A stretch of 64,000 nucleotides of DNA from a virus. Under the pieces are notes generated by a model. The model had not been told where the DNA came from and searched no databases. It saw nothing but the letters and a program-made list of their open reading frames with translations. The position numbers and the translations under genes were made by a program. Shown piece by piece: positions 14,973 through 22,926 of the stretch. The stretch lies in the IMG/VR virus record IMGVR_UViG_3300050821_004478; one strand, given 5' to 3'. Position 1 is the first letter of the stretch; each line of letters opens with the position of its first letter.

Positions 14973-15670
14973 TGGCAATTCCAGGCGAAATCAAAGCGGT
15001 CGAATCAAAGATCGGCGTGTTCCTCACAGGCCACCACATCATACTTTACTTGGCCTTAGCAGGCGCGCTGACCTTCGGAGTTTACTCCGTCGAAGCGAAG
15101 TGGGCCTCTCTTCAAGAAGCCCGCGCTACAGCCGCAGAGCAGGCCCTGGCTGTAGAGAAAGATCACTCCTCTCAACTGGCAGCCGCGTACGCAGCCAATG
15201 AGGTGGAGCGCCAGAAAGAAAATGCCACATTCCTCGCATCCATAGCGCAAATCCAATCCCAAACGAAGGTTCAAATAATCCACGACCAAGCGCTTCCTGC
15301 GCCAGAACTTGGCCACCGCATAGAGACTATTACCGGGTTTAAGCAGGGCACTATCACTCTCGACTCATCTCAGGATTTGATTGTACCGCTGCCGTTGGGT
15401 CAACAGATCGTCGCGAAGTTGGACCAGGGACTCGCTGATGCGCAGACTGTGGTGCAACAAGCAGGCGTCATCAAGAATCAGGAGGGTACAATATCTGACC
15501 AAGCAGGTATCATCAAGCAGGATGCAGTAGTTCTCGCAGGGCAAATCAAGAAAGACAACGAGGAACTCAAGTTGGTAAAAGACAACGCGCGGAAATCGAA
15601 ATTGAAGTGGCTTGGCGCGGGAATCGCGATAGGATTCATAGGCAGACAATTCGTTCACTTCGGATTATAG
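14969..15670 (+). CDS. Membrane protein with N- and C-terminal TM helices and central coiled coil (233 aa)
   Basis: Hydrophobic segments HHIILYLALAGALTFGVYSV and WLGAGIAIGFIG flank a Gln/Ala-rich coil. A spanin-like or exclusion function is speculative. Confidence 0.5.
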   Translation: MMAIPGEIKAVESKIGVFLTGHHIILYLALAGALTFGVYSVEAKWASLQEARATAAEQALAVEKDHSSQLAAAYAANEVERQKENATFLASIAQIQSQTKVQIIHDQALPAPELGHRIETITGFKQGTITLDSSQDLIVPLPLGQQIVAKLDQGLADAQTVVQQAGVIKNQEGTISDQAGIIKQDAVVLAGQIKKDNEELKLVKDNARKSKLKWLGAGIAIGFIGRQFVHFGL

Positions 15671-15683
15671 AAACGAGGGACAT

Positions 15684-17327
15684 ATGAGCATATCAAAGCA
15701 TCGTGTATCAGAAGACTTAGTCTTGGCAGCATTCGAGCGCAACGCCGGAAATGTGCGCGCGACGGCAGTAGAGTTAGGCATCGCCCGCTCCACCGTGCGC
15801 CGCACATTGGCACCGCTGGGTGCGATGAAGAAGCCGCTCGCAGCGGGCAGCATCGAAGGCGTGAAGACAGAGAAGCAGAAGCTGCCAGCGACCGGCGAGG
15901 TGCGTCGTTACATCCTCACCTCCGCGCAGAACAATACGTACGTTCACGATTCAGCGTGGCAGAATCTACTCGCGCTCGCGGAGCACTATGACGCGCAGAT
16001 CATTGTCGGCACGTACACTTACAATCAGAATCGATATGGCAAGTTGAGTGTGAAGCGCGGCAAGAAAGCACGGTACGAGCACGAATTGTGGTACGACCCA
16101 AAGGTCATCGATTACATTCAAGATGTGCGCGTTCAACTCGCGCCCGGGCTAGTGTGGTGCGGAGAGATGAATATCCTCCCGACCGCAGTTAACCCGCTGG
16201 CAGGACTCGAATCGTACACAGGCCGCGCGTCTGCAATCTTTCCCCACGCCAAGCTGGCGATGCGCAGTATCGCGACGATGCAGGGCGAGGATGTGAAACT
16301 GAATTACACCACCGGCACAGTTACTCAGCGCAATTATATCCAGAAGCGCGAAGGCGTGATCGCAGAATTTCATCACATCTACGGCGGGCTGCTAGTTGAA
16401 GTTAATTCCACAGGCAACTGGTGGGTGCGCCAATTGAATGAAGATGAGAAGGGCACCATCCAAGATTTGGATGTGATATCAAACAACGGCAAGATCACAA
16501 CCGGTAACCGAGTGGAGGCTGTAACACACGGCGACCTGCATGGTGTATTCGCAGACCCGGCCATCGTTACTACCTCGCTGCAGATGGTCGACGAACTACA
16601 GCCGAAGTTTCAGTTCCTGCATGATGTGATGGAGGGCGCGGCTGTCAATCCGCACCAGCGTAAGTACCAAACGAATCACGAGAAGTTCCACACTTGGCTA
16701 CGCGGATACCACAAGCTGGAGAATGAACTGGTGGACACCGTCAAGCTGTTGACCCGATATGAGCGTAAATTTTCTTCGACCGTGATCGTCGACTCGAACC
16801 ACGACGATGCGTGGATTAAACGTTGGCTCCGCGAGTACGATTATCGTAAGGACCCGCCGAACACCGAAATCTTTTTGAAACTGCAGTCATATCTGTATGG
16901 GAAGATTCGCAATGGGGTGACGGAGGAAGAATCTCGCGCCCGCACGGCAAATCCAAAGTTTGTACGCGACATCAACGTGCTTGAATACGCGCTCCGAGAA
17001 GCAGGCTACAAATACGCGAAATTCTTGTCGGCAGATGAACCATTCAAGACCTGCGGGCGGAAGATCGAGAACGGCATGCACGGGCACCTGGGACCCGCAG
17101 GACGCTTCGGAACACCGGACAACTTATCTAAGATGGGCCGGAAGGCGAATACCGCCCACACTCATGCCACGGGCATCTACAATGGGCTGTACGTCGCGGG
17201 GACGAGCAGCAAGCTGCGATGGGATTACACGAAGGGACCCAGCAATTGGACGCACTCGCATATCGTAACGTATCCGAATGGTAAGCGTAGCATTATCACA
17301 ATCTATGCAGACCAATGGCGCGCGTAA
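15684..17327 (+). CDS. Fis-type HTH plus His-rich metallophosphoesterase-like protein (547 aa)
   Basis: The N-terminus 'AFERNAGNVRATAVELGIARSTVRRTL' is HTH_8-like. Later motifs 'THGDLHG', 'DSNHDD', 'GMHGH' and 'AHTHATG' resemble calcineurin-like phosphoesterase motifs. Confidence 0.4.
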   Translation: MSISKHRVSEDLVLAAFERNAGNVRATAVELGIARSTVRRTLAPLGAMKKPLAAGSIEGVKTEKQKLPATGEVRRYILTSAQNNTYVHDSAWQNLLALAEHYDAQIIVGTYTYNQNRYGKLSVKRGKKARYEHELWYDPKVIDYIQDVRVQLAPGLVWCGEMNILPTAVNPLAGLESYTGRASAIFPHAKLAMRSIATMQGEDVKLNYTTGTVTQRNYIQKREGVIAEFHHIYGGLLVEVNSTGNWWVRQLNEDEKGTIQDLDVISNNGKITTGNRVEAVTHGDLHGVFADPAIVTTSLQMVDELQPKFQFLHDVMEGAAVNPHQRKYQTNHEKFHTWLRGYHKLENELVDTVKLLTRYERKFSSTVIVDSNHDDAWIKRWLREYDYRKDPPNTEIFLKLQSYLYGKIRNGVTEEESRARTANPKFVRDINVLEYALREAGYKYAKFLSADEPFKTCGRKIENGMHGHLGPAGRFGTPDNLSKMGRKANTAHTHATGIYNGLYVAGTSSKLRWDYTKGPSNWTHSHIVTYPNGKRSIITIYADQWRA

Positions 17328-17335
17328 AATAGTAC

Positions 17336-17364
17336 TTGACAAGAGCCGGGAACTGTGATACACC
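17336..17364 (+). promoter_or_regulatory. Promoter AGTAC-TTGACA-17-TACACC
   Basis: ttgaca agagccgggaactgtga tacacc. Confidence 0.5.
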
Positions 17365-17406
17365 TAGTAAGATGAGGTCGCAGAGCGATCAGAAAGCAGG
17401 AACAAG

Positions 17407-18219
17407 ATGCGAAGGATGACAGCAAAAGAAAGGTTTGATTTAGTGATGTCCACGCTCATGAGAGAGGGCGACAAACTCATGGACGACGCTTTTGGCGATG
17501 CCGGACATAAACTTTTGAATGAGGCCGAAAAGACTCTTGGTTTCGAGATTACACCATACGGCTCGTGGTCGAACCAAGCGGGACTAATTTATGAGCCAGT
17601 CGGATTGATTTACAAAGACAAAGGTGGATATTATTTCACCGGGCTACCTGTTGATTCAGCAGATTGGGCGCAGAGTAAGTTACCCAAGGGACTTAATCTT
17701 GTGTGGGTTGCTAAGAACTTTCCGAGTTTGAAGGGCCTGATTGATGAGGTTTTCGTTTTTAGGAAGCGCGCCCACTCATCCCTTCCGGCCTCTCACGTCT
17801 CGCGCCAACCGGAGTTCTCTTCCCCCAATGGCCTCGTTCTTAAAGGCGTTGAAAGAGCGCACATTGTTGACGCGCAATTGATAGGGCCAAGGAGCGACGA
17901 AACAATGATCGACGCGATTCTGATTCCGGCCACTGCCCATGTTGCTCTTTCTTATTTTTCTTCTGAAAATTTTGTAGAGTCCGAGATGACGGCGACACGG
18001 GAATCATCCGGCGACATAAAAGTGGAAATAAGCGTAGTCAACCCAGCCTTCTACCACCCAGATTGCGCTAACAGAGTTACCATCCACAGTATCGGTTTAA
18101 CAGCGGAGGATTCTGATGGCCTTTTGAAGATGTTCGCTCTCCGTAAAGTTCTTAAACAGTTGAGATCGGATATTTTGCGAAAGTGGGAGAGCGCTCACGC
18201 AGAAAAACAAGCAGCCTAA
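17407..18219 (+). CDS. Hypothetical protein (270 aa)
   Basis: ORF track. No motif recognised. Confidence 0.6.
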   Translation: MRRMTAKERFDLVMSTLMREGDKLMDDAFGDAGHKLLNEAEKTLGFEITPYGSWSNQAGLIYEPVGLIYKDKGGYYFTGLPVDSADWAQSKLPKGLNLVWVAKNFPSLKGLIDEVFVFRKRAHSSLPASHVSRQPEFSSPNGLVLKGVERAHIVDAQLIGPRSDETMIDAILIPATAHVALSYFSSENFVESEMTATRESSGDIKVEISVVNPAFYHPDCANRVTIHSIGLTAEDSDGLLKMFALRKVLKQLRSDILRKWESAHAEKQAA

Positions 18220-18226
18220 AGTTTAC

Positions 18227-18296
18227 GCGGGGATAGTTCAACAGCAGAACAGCGGTCCAACCGTCGACAGTGGTTCGACTCCACCACCCCGCTCCA
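18227..18296 (+). tRNA. Compact tRNA-like element (70 nt incl. CCA), possible Trp(CCA) anticodon loop
   Basis: Acceptor GCGGGG/CCCCGC, D arm GTTC-AACAGCA-GAAC and T arm GTGG-TTCGACT-CCAC, ending TCCA. The anticodon arm only forms with an A-C mismatch (CAGCG-GTCCAAC-CGTCG). The variable loop is only 2-3 nt. Confidence 0.4.
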
Positions 18297-18313
18297 AGTT
18301 TATAGGAGAAAGG

Positions 18314-19354
18314 ATGACAGACGAGAAGTTAAAAAGTTACTCGGTGACGACTCCGCTTTTCGAGATCGAACCGAATAAGATCGAAGTCATACAAGTATCA
18401 GCAGGTGTAATGACCTACTACCAGAAGCAAATGTCGAAGGCAGTTTGGCGTCCCGCTTTTGGCCGCAAACTTGGTTTTCTAGTGGTTCACGGAGAGCACT
18501 TGCTGGGATTAATCTTTTTAGCCAGCCCGGTCCTCGCTCTCTCTGTGAGAGATGCCTATCTCTTCCCTGGCATGGCAAAGCAAGAGAAGGGAAAAGTAAT
18601 ACAGGGGTACATGGATATGAGCGTCTGCGTGGCCGCACAGCCGATTGGCTGGCACTGGAATCTCGGCAAGTTGATGGCGATGATCGCCTATACTCTCGGA
18701 GATTTTGTAGAGGATAGATATGGACAAAGCCTGATGGGTATCACGACTACATCGCTATTTGGCGGAAACAAGGCGACGCAGTACTCACGTATCTATAAAC
18801 ATTTGGGAGAGACGCAAGGAACCGGACACGAGGGCGTGGATGATGAGGTATATAAAAAGATGATGGCTTTCCTCCGTCTGCACTGCCCCAATTGTACAGA
18901 GGATTGTAAGAATCCTTTGCCTCTCGCGCCAACGAAAACGCAGGCTCACGACGGAGTAAATCAAGAAAAGTGGTGTACGGTTCCGGGTTGTGTGTGGCGA
19001 AAGGTGTGCTGCAAAGAGCACGGCAAGCCTATCGGAGACGGCGCGAGTCCGCGCAGACGCAGGATTGCCGCCTTCTTTAAGGCCCTTGAAGTACTAAACA
19101 TGACGCCTCTGGAGGCTCTCGGAGTAGAATTTATGGGCCACGATTTGGTTCAAATCAAGATCGAGAAGAAGGCGTCAACACACCACGGCAATAAGCGGGG
19201 TGTGTACTATCATACGGCAGTATCACCATCAGACCGTTCAAAGGTAATCAAGGACTGGTATGTTCGATTTGGTTCGCCGCGTTACGAGAAGACCGCAAGT
19301 TTGACACCTCCTTATTATAGCGGAGGAGCAAATCATAGGGGGACATACGCATGA
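18314..19354 (+). CDS. Hypothetical protein (346 aa), DUF4338-like N-terminal region
   Basis: 'FGRKLGFLVVHGEHLLGLIFLASPVLALSVRDAYL...QPIGWHWNLGK' resembles the DUF4338 core pattern (G-R-x-L-x-[YF]-LV...G...RD) as I recall it. A Cys-rich middle segment follows. Confidence 0.3.
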   Translation: MTDEKLKSYSVTTPLFEIEPNKIEVIQVSAGVMTYYQKQMSKAVWRPAFGRKLGFLVVHGEHLLGLIFLASPVLALSVRDAYLFPGMAKQEKGKVIQGYMDMSVCVAAQPIGWHWNLGKLMAMIAYTLGDFVEDRYGQSLMGITTTSLFGGNKATQYSRIYKHLGETQGTGHEGVDDEVYKKMMAFLRLHCPNCTEDCKNPLPLAPTKTQAHDGVNQEKWCTVPGCVWRKVCCKEHGKPIGDGASPRRRRIAAFFKALEVLNMTPLEALGVEFMGHDLVQIKIEKKASTHHGNKRGVYYHTAVSPSDRSKVIKDWYVRFGSPRYEKTASLTPPYYSGGANHRGTYA

Positions 19355-19590
19355 GCGAACAACGCAAACCGATCACGCAAGAACAGGCCGCAGTCGGTAG
19401 AGAAGTTCGCACCAAGCGCCGGGAGCGACAAGGTGTGAAAAACGTCCTCCACTTCACCGGCAATCTACGCTGTGGTCGCTGTGGCCGGGGATGGTTCGTG
19501 AGCGACTTGAATCCGGAACGCAAGGTTGTACCGTGCCCTGTAGACGGGGAACCAAACGATATCAAAGAAGCAATTAAGAGGGCCGCATGA
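19351..19590 (+). CDS. Basic zinc-ribbon protein (79 aa)
   Basis: ATGA coupling. Motif CGRCGRG...CP. Confidence 0.5.
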   Translation: MSEQRKPITQEQAAVGREVRTKRRERQGVKNVLHFTGNLRCGRCGRGWFVSDLNPERKVVPCPVDGEPNDIKEAIKRAA

Positions 19591-20108
19591 AATTGAAGCT
19601 GATGATTCTCGGGCACGCCCGCCACGGCAAAGACACCGTCGCAGAAATCTTGCGCGACAATCTTGGGCTGACGTTCGCGTCCTCGTCCTTCGCAGCCGCT
19701 CAGAAGGTGATGGTACCATTCTTGGCAGCGAAGGGCATAACGTACGCGAGCCTGGACGAGTGCTACGCCGACCGCGTCAATCATCGTCAAGACTGGTACG
19801 AGCAGATCAAGGCGTACAACACGCCGGACGGCGCTCGACTCGCTCGGGAGATTTATGCGGAGAATGACATCTACGTCGGCATGCGAAACGAAGTCGAACT
19901 GGAGGCCGTGCGTAAGGAAGTTCTGTACAACTACAGCATCTGGGTGGACCGCAGTAAGCATGTCGCCCCGGAGCCGCCAACGTCCGTCTCAGTGACGCAG
20001 GCGATGGCAAACTACACCATCGATAACAATGGGACACCGGAGCAATTGAAGATCAACACGCTGGCCTTGTATTGGGACCTAGTTAGCCTGGAATACGCAG
20101 GAAGCTGA
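19587..20108 (+). CDS. Deoxynucleoside monophosphate kinase-like P-loop protein (173 aa)
   Basis: The N-terminal 'ILGHARHGKDTVAE' is typical of phage dNMP kinases. Confidence 0.55.
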   Translation: MKLKLMILGHARHGKDTVAEILRDNLGLTFASSSFAAAQKVMVPFLAAKGITYASLDECYADRVNHRQDWYEQIKAYNTPDGARLAREIYAENDIYVGMRNEVELEAVRKEVLYNYSIWVDRSKHVAPEPPTSVSVTQAMANYTIDNNGTPEQLKINTLALYWDLVSLEYAGS

Positions 20109-20117
20109 GGAGTCAAA

Positions 20118-20669
20118 ATGAGCAAAGCAACAATTCTCACTTCGACCGGACTGTATTTCGATATCTTGGAACCGACAACGGACATGATATGCATCGAGGA
20201 TATCGCGCACTCGTCTAGCATGTGCAATCGTTTCACCGGCCACACCAGATTCCCTTACCCGGTATCGCAGCACAGCCGACTTGGAAGCTATCTTGTGCCG
20301 ATGGTATACGCCTTGCGGTTCCTGCTTCACGATGGCAGCGAGACGTACATAGGCGATGTCAATGGGCCGTTGAAACACTTCACGCCAGCGGGCGACGAGT
20401 ACAGAAAAATCGAAGCGCCCATCCAGGCATTGGTTTACAACAAATTCGGGCTGGTCGGAGAAGACCCGCCGATAATCCACGAGATCGACAATCAGATGCT
20501 GTACGCCGAGAAGGCACAGGTCATGTTTCCGAAAGAGTGGAAGAATAAGTGGAGCGAGGATATGAAGGCCGCCGATGTTAAGATCATAGAGACGTCGTTT
20601 TGGGTGAACAAGGCTTTATTCCTAGATCGATTCTACAATGTCCTTTACTACGGTGGACCGCAACTTTAA
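20118..20669 (+). CDS. HD-superfamily phosphohydrolase (YfbR-like 5'-nucleotidase type) (183 aa)
   Basis: Motifs 'IEDIAHSSSMCNRFTGH', 'VSQHS' and 'LLHDGSETYIGDVNGPLK'. Confidence 0.6.
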   Translation: MSKATILTSTGLYFDILEPTTDMICIEDIAHSSSMCNRFTGHTRFPYPVSQHSRLGSYLVPMVYALRFLLHDGSETYIGDVNGPLKHFTPAGDEYRKIEAPIQALVYNKFGLVGEDPPIIHEIDNQMLYAEKAQVMFPKEWKNKWSEDMKAADVKIIETSFWVNKALFLDRFYNVLYYGGPQL

Positions 20670-20681
20670 GGAGAAACACCA

Positions 20682-21146
20682 ATGTCAATAATCGATAGCG
20701 TCATTCGTACCATCACATGCAGCGGCCACGAGGGCGAGAAGCAAGCCATCTTCGACCGCGCTCAAGAGAAGGAAAACTTCGAAAAGCACAAGGTGTCGGT
20801 CGCAGATGCGCAATTTCGTACCATTACTTGTGACGGCCCCGGATGCGACAAGCAGATCGCATACGACCGCACGCAGGAGAAGCAGACATTCGAGAAACCG
20901 GAGAACGTCTGGTTGCGCTCGACTCGCGTGACCCAGACTGCCGATGGCCGCAATATCGTGTATTGCTCCGACACCTGCGAGGTGAAGGGCGCTGCTACCG
21001 GAACGCACAATATTCCGGAACCACCGAAGATCATCACCGCAGCTAATCCAGCAGCCATCGCAGCAGCCGCCCAGGCCGCAGCGAATGCACGGCAGGCCGA
21101 TGCCGCAATCCGCGAAGGCCAATCAGTCAAGGTCAAGCTGAGTTAA
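20682..21146 (+). CDS. Hypothetical protein with internal duplication (154 aa)
   Basis: The module 'RTITC.G....KQ.A.DR.QEK..FEK' occurs twice. Ala-rich C-terminus. Confidence 0.55.
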   Translation: MSIIDSVIRTITCSGHEGEKQAIFDRAQEKENFEKHKVSVADAQFRTITCDGPGCDKQIAYDRTQEKQTFEKPENVWLRSTRVTQTADGRNIVYCSDTCEVKGAATGTHNIPEPPKIITAANPAAIAAAAQAAANARQADAAIREGQSVKVKLS

Positions 21147-21496
21147 TGGACCATGTAATCAGATTCAATGGACACATATCATGGGATGGGCAAATGAACG
21201 GCCTGCCTGAGGTGATATATGCCTTCTTGATGATGAAGGGCTATGACCATGAAATGTTTAATACTGCCATCGAGGCTCAATGCGGTGCCTTTTTAAGATC
21301 GCAGTGTATGATTGTCCAAAAAGACCAAGGCAAATTGATCGATATAAAGCAGATGCCCGCAGAACGCATGATGGTTCCAATGCGATGGATTGCGTTCATC
21401 GATGTTGATGTCTTTCCTATGACCGGAGAGTTCCCGATGGCGGACGAGAAGGGCACTGAGCGTTTGGAGAACGGCGAAGAGCCAGTTAAACAATGA
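21146..21496 (+). CDS. Hypothetical protein (116 aa)
   Basis: TAATG coupling. Confidence 0.55.
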   Translation: MDHVIRFNGHISWDGQMNGLPEVIYAFLMMKGYDHEMFNTAIEAQCGAFLRSQCMIVQKDQGKLIDIKQMPAERMMVPMRWIAFIDVDVFPMTGEFPMADEKGTERLENGEEPVKQ

Positions 21497-21504
21497 GAAA
21501 GTAC

Positions 21505-21533
21505 TTGACTCGGGGAGGCTTATCGTGATAATA
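21505..21533 (+). promoter_or_regulatory. AAAGTAC-TTGACT box (promoter-like, function doubtful)
   Basis: The motif matches the GTAC-TTGAC family. The 17-bp-spaced -10 (ATAATA) lies inside the downstream coding start, so it may be a regulator site rather than a promoter. Confidence 0.3.
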
Positions 21534-22247
21534 ATTGGTCTCGACTTAGAAGCTACAGGACTCGACAAGGTGAAAGACCGCCCAATAGAAGCTGGCGTTG
21601 CCTTGTGGACTACAAAATTCAACCGTAGTCTTGATACTCGTACGCTTCTTATCCAGTCCGATGGCGTTTCTGTGACCAAAGAGATTACAGAGATTACTGG
21701 TGTCACGCAGGATATGTGCGATAGATTTGGCTACACGCCGGAAGAGGCATTCGACGAGGTCATTTACTTTGTAGATCGCGCGGACGCTATTGTCGCATTC
21801 AACGGCAGACGATTCGATATGCCGATGTGTCAATCATGGGCGAACAGAGTTAAGAAATGTTTCCCCGATAAATTGTTGATCGACCCGTTCACCGACCTGC
21901 CGATGCGAGGGCAAGAGTTGATTACAATGTGCGCCAAGATGGGAATCTACTACGACCCGCACGAGGCTGGCTCGGATGTCGGCGCGATGCTCCGACTAGT
22001 GGCCAAGTTTGAATTCGCCACCGTATTAGAGCGTGCAAAGAGTCCCATCGTTGTGGTACAATCGAAGCAAGACTACAGCAATAACAATGCAGCCAAAAAG
22101 CACAAATTTCGCTGGAACCCAGATCATAAGATTTGGTGGAAGGCAGTGAAAGAGATTGACCTGAATGATCTATCCGCCGCAGTAAACGGAGAATTTGGGT
22201 TACAAGTTCTAGACCTCCTACCGGAGGATTTGGAAGACGAACAATAA
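21525..22247 (+). CDS. DnaQ-like DEDDh 3'-5' exonuclease (240 aa)
   Basis: GTG start after GGGGAGG. Motifs 'GLDLEATG', 'AFNGRRFDMPM' and 'HEAGSDVGAM'. Confidence 0.75.
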   Translation: MIIIGLDLEATGLDKVKDRPIEAGVALWTTKFNRSLDTRTLLIQSDGVSVTKEITEITGVTQDMCDRFGYTPEEAFDEVIYFVDRADAIVAFNGRRFDMPMCQSWANRVKKCFPDKLLIDPFTDLPMRGQELITMCAKMGIYYDPHEAGSDVGAMLRLVAKFEFATVLERAKSPIVVVQSKQDYSNNNAAKKHKFRWNPDHKIWWKAVKEIDLNDLSAAVNGEFGLQVLDLLPEDLEDEQ

Positions 22248-22264
22248 AGTCAAAAGGAGCAACA

Positions 22265-22876
22265 ATGGACATTAGTCAAGGCAAAGTATTTTTCAAACCG
22301 GAAGCGGGAACGTACCTCGGCACGATCATCGACGTCGTTGATAAGCCGCAGGTACAGACCACGTACGGACTCAAGAACAAGGTTCTCATTCTCTGGGTCA
22401 TCACCCAATTGAACGGAGCGCCGTATCTGGACCCGGAGGGTCTGCCGTATCAAGTCTCGATTTACACCACCGCTTCTATGAGCGAGAAGTCGAGCCAGCC
22501 TTTGTTCCGCAATCTGTACAAGGTTGTATCGGGCGTGTTGAACGGACAGCAGCCGCCGCTCATCACATCCACCGCGCAACTGGAACAGGTTCTACTCGGT
22601 CGCTCCAATGTGCTGATGGTCACCAAGGAAGCTGTCCCCGGGAAGCAGAATGAATTTTACGTCAACCCGGTCGGCATTCTCCCGATGCAGACAGGTATGC
22701 CTATCCCGCAAGCGCCCGCAGGCTTCGTTCGCTCCAAGAACAAGCCGAAGACGCAGGCCGGACCACAAGGCGTGCCGGTGCAGACTTATACACAGCCCCA
22801 GCAATTCGTGCCGCCGCCTCAGAATCAGAACACTGTCTCGCTCAGCGTGCCGCCAGCAACCCCAGAAGCATTCTAA
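22265..22876 (+). CDS. Candidate phage ssDNA-binding protein (203 aa)
   Basis: Sits between the exonuclease and the primase. Beta-rich N-terminal domain, then a Pro/Gln-rich flexible tail ending in an aromatic residue (..PEAF). Confidence 0.35.
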   Translation: MDISQGKVFFKPEAGTYLGTIIDVVDKPQVQTTYGLKNKVLILWVITQLNGAPYLDPEGLPYQVSIYTTASMSEKSSQPLFRNLYKVVSGVLNGQQPPLITSTAQLEQVLLGRSNVLMVTKEAVPGKQNEFYVNPVGILPMQTGMPIPQAPAGFVRSKNKPKTQAGPQGVPVQTYTQPQQFVPPPQNQNTVSLSVPPATPEAF

Positions 22877-22884
22877 CCCCCGGT

Positions 22885-22913
22885 GGGCCGCCCCGCGCGG
22901 CCCCCTTCTTTTT
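22885..22913 (+). terminator. Rho-independent terminator
   Basis: gggccgc-ccccgc-gcggccc stem followed by ccttcttttt. Confidence 0.7.
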
Positions 22914-22926
22914 GAATTGAGGGCAA

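Noticed and set aside
19248-19961. 237-aa minus-strand ORF
   Set aside because: It is antisense to the well-supported plus-strand genes 19351-20108 (dNMP kinase and neighbours). Its Arg/Leu/Val-rich composition is typical of a shadow frame.
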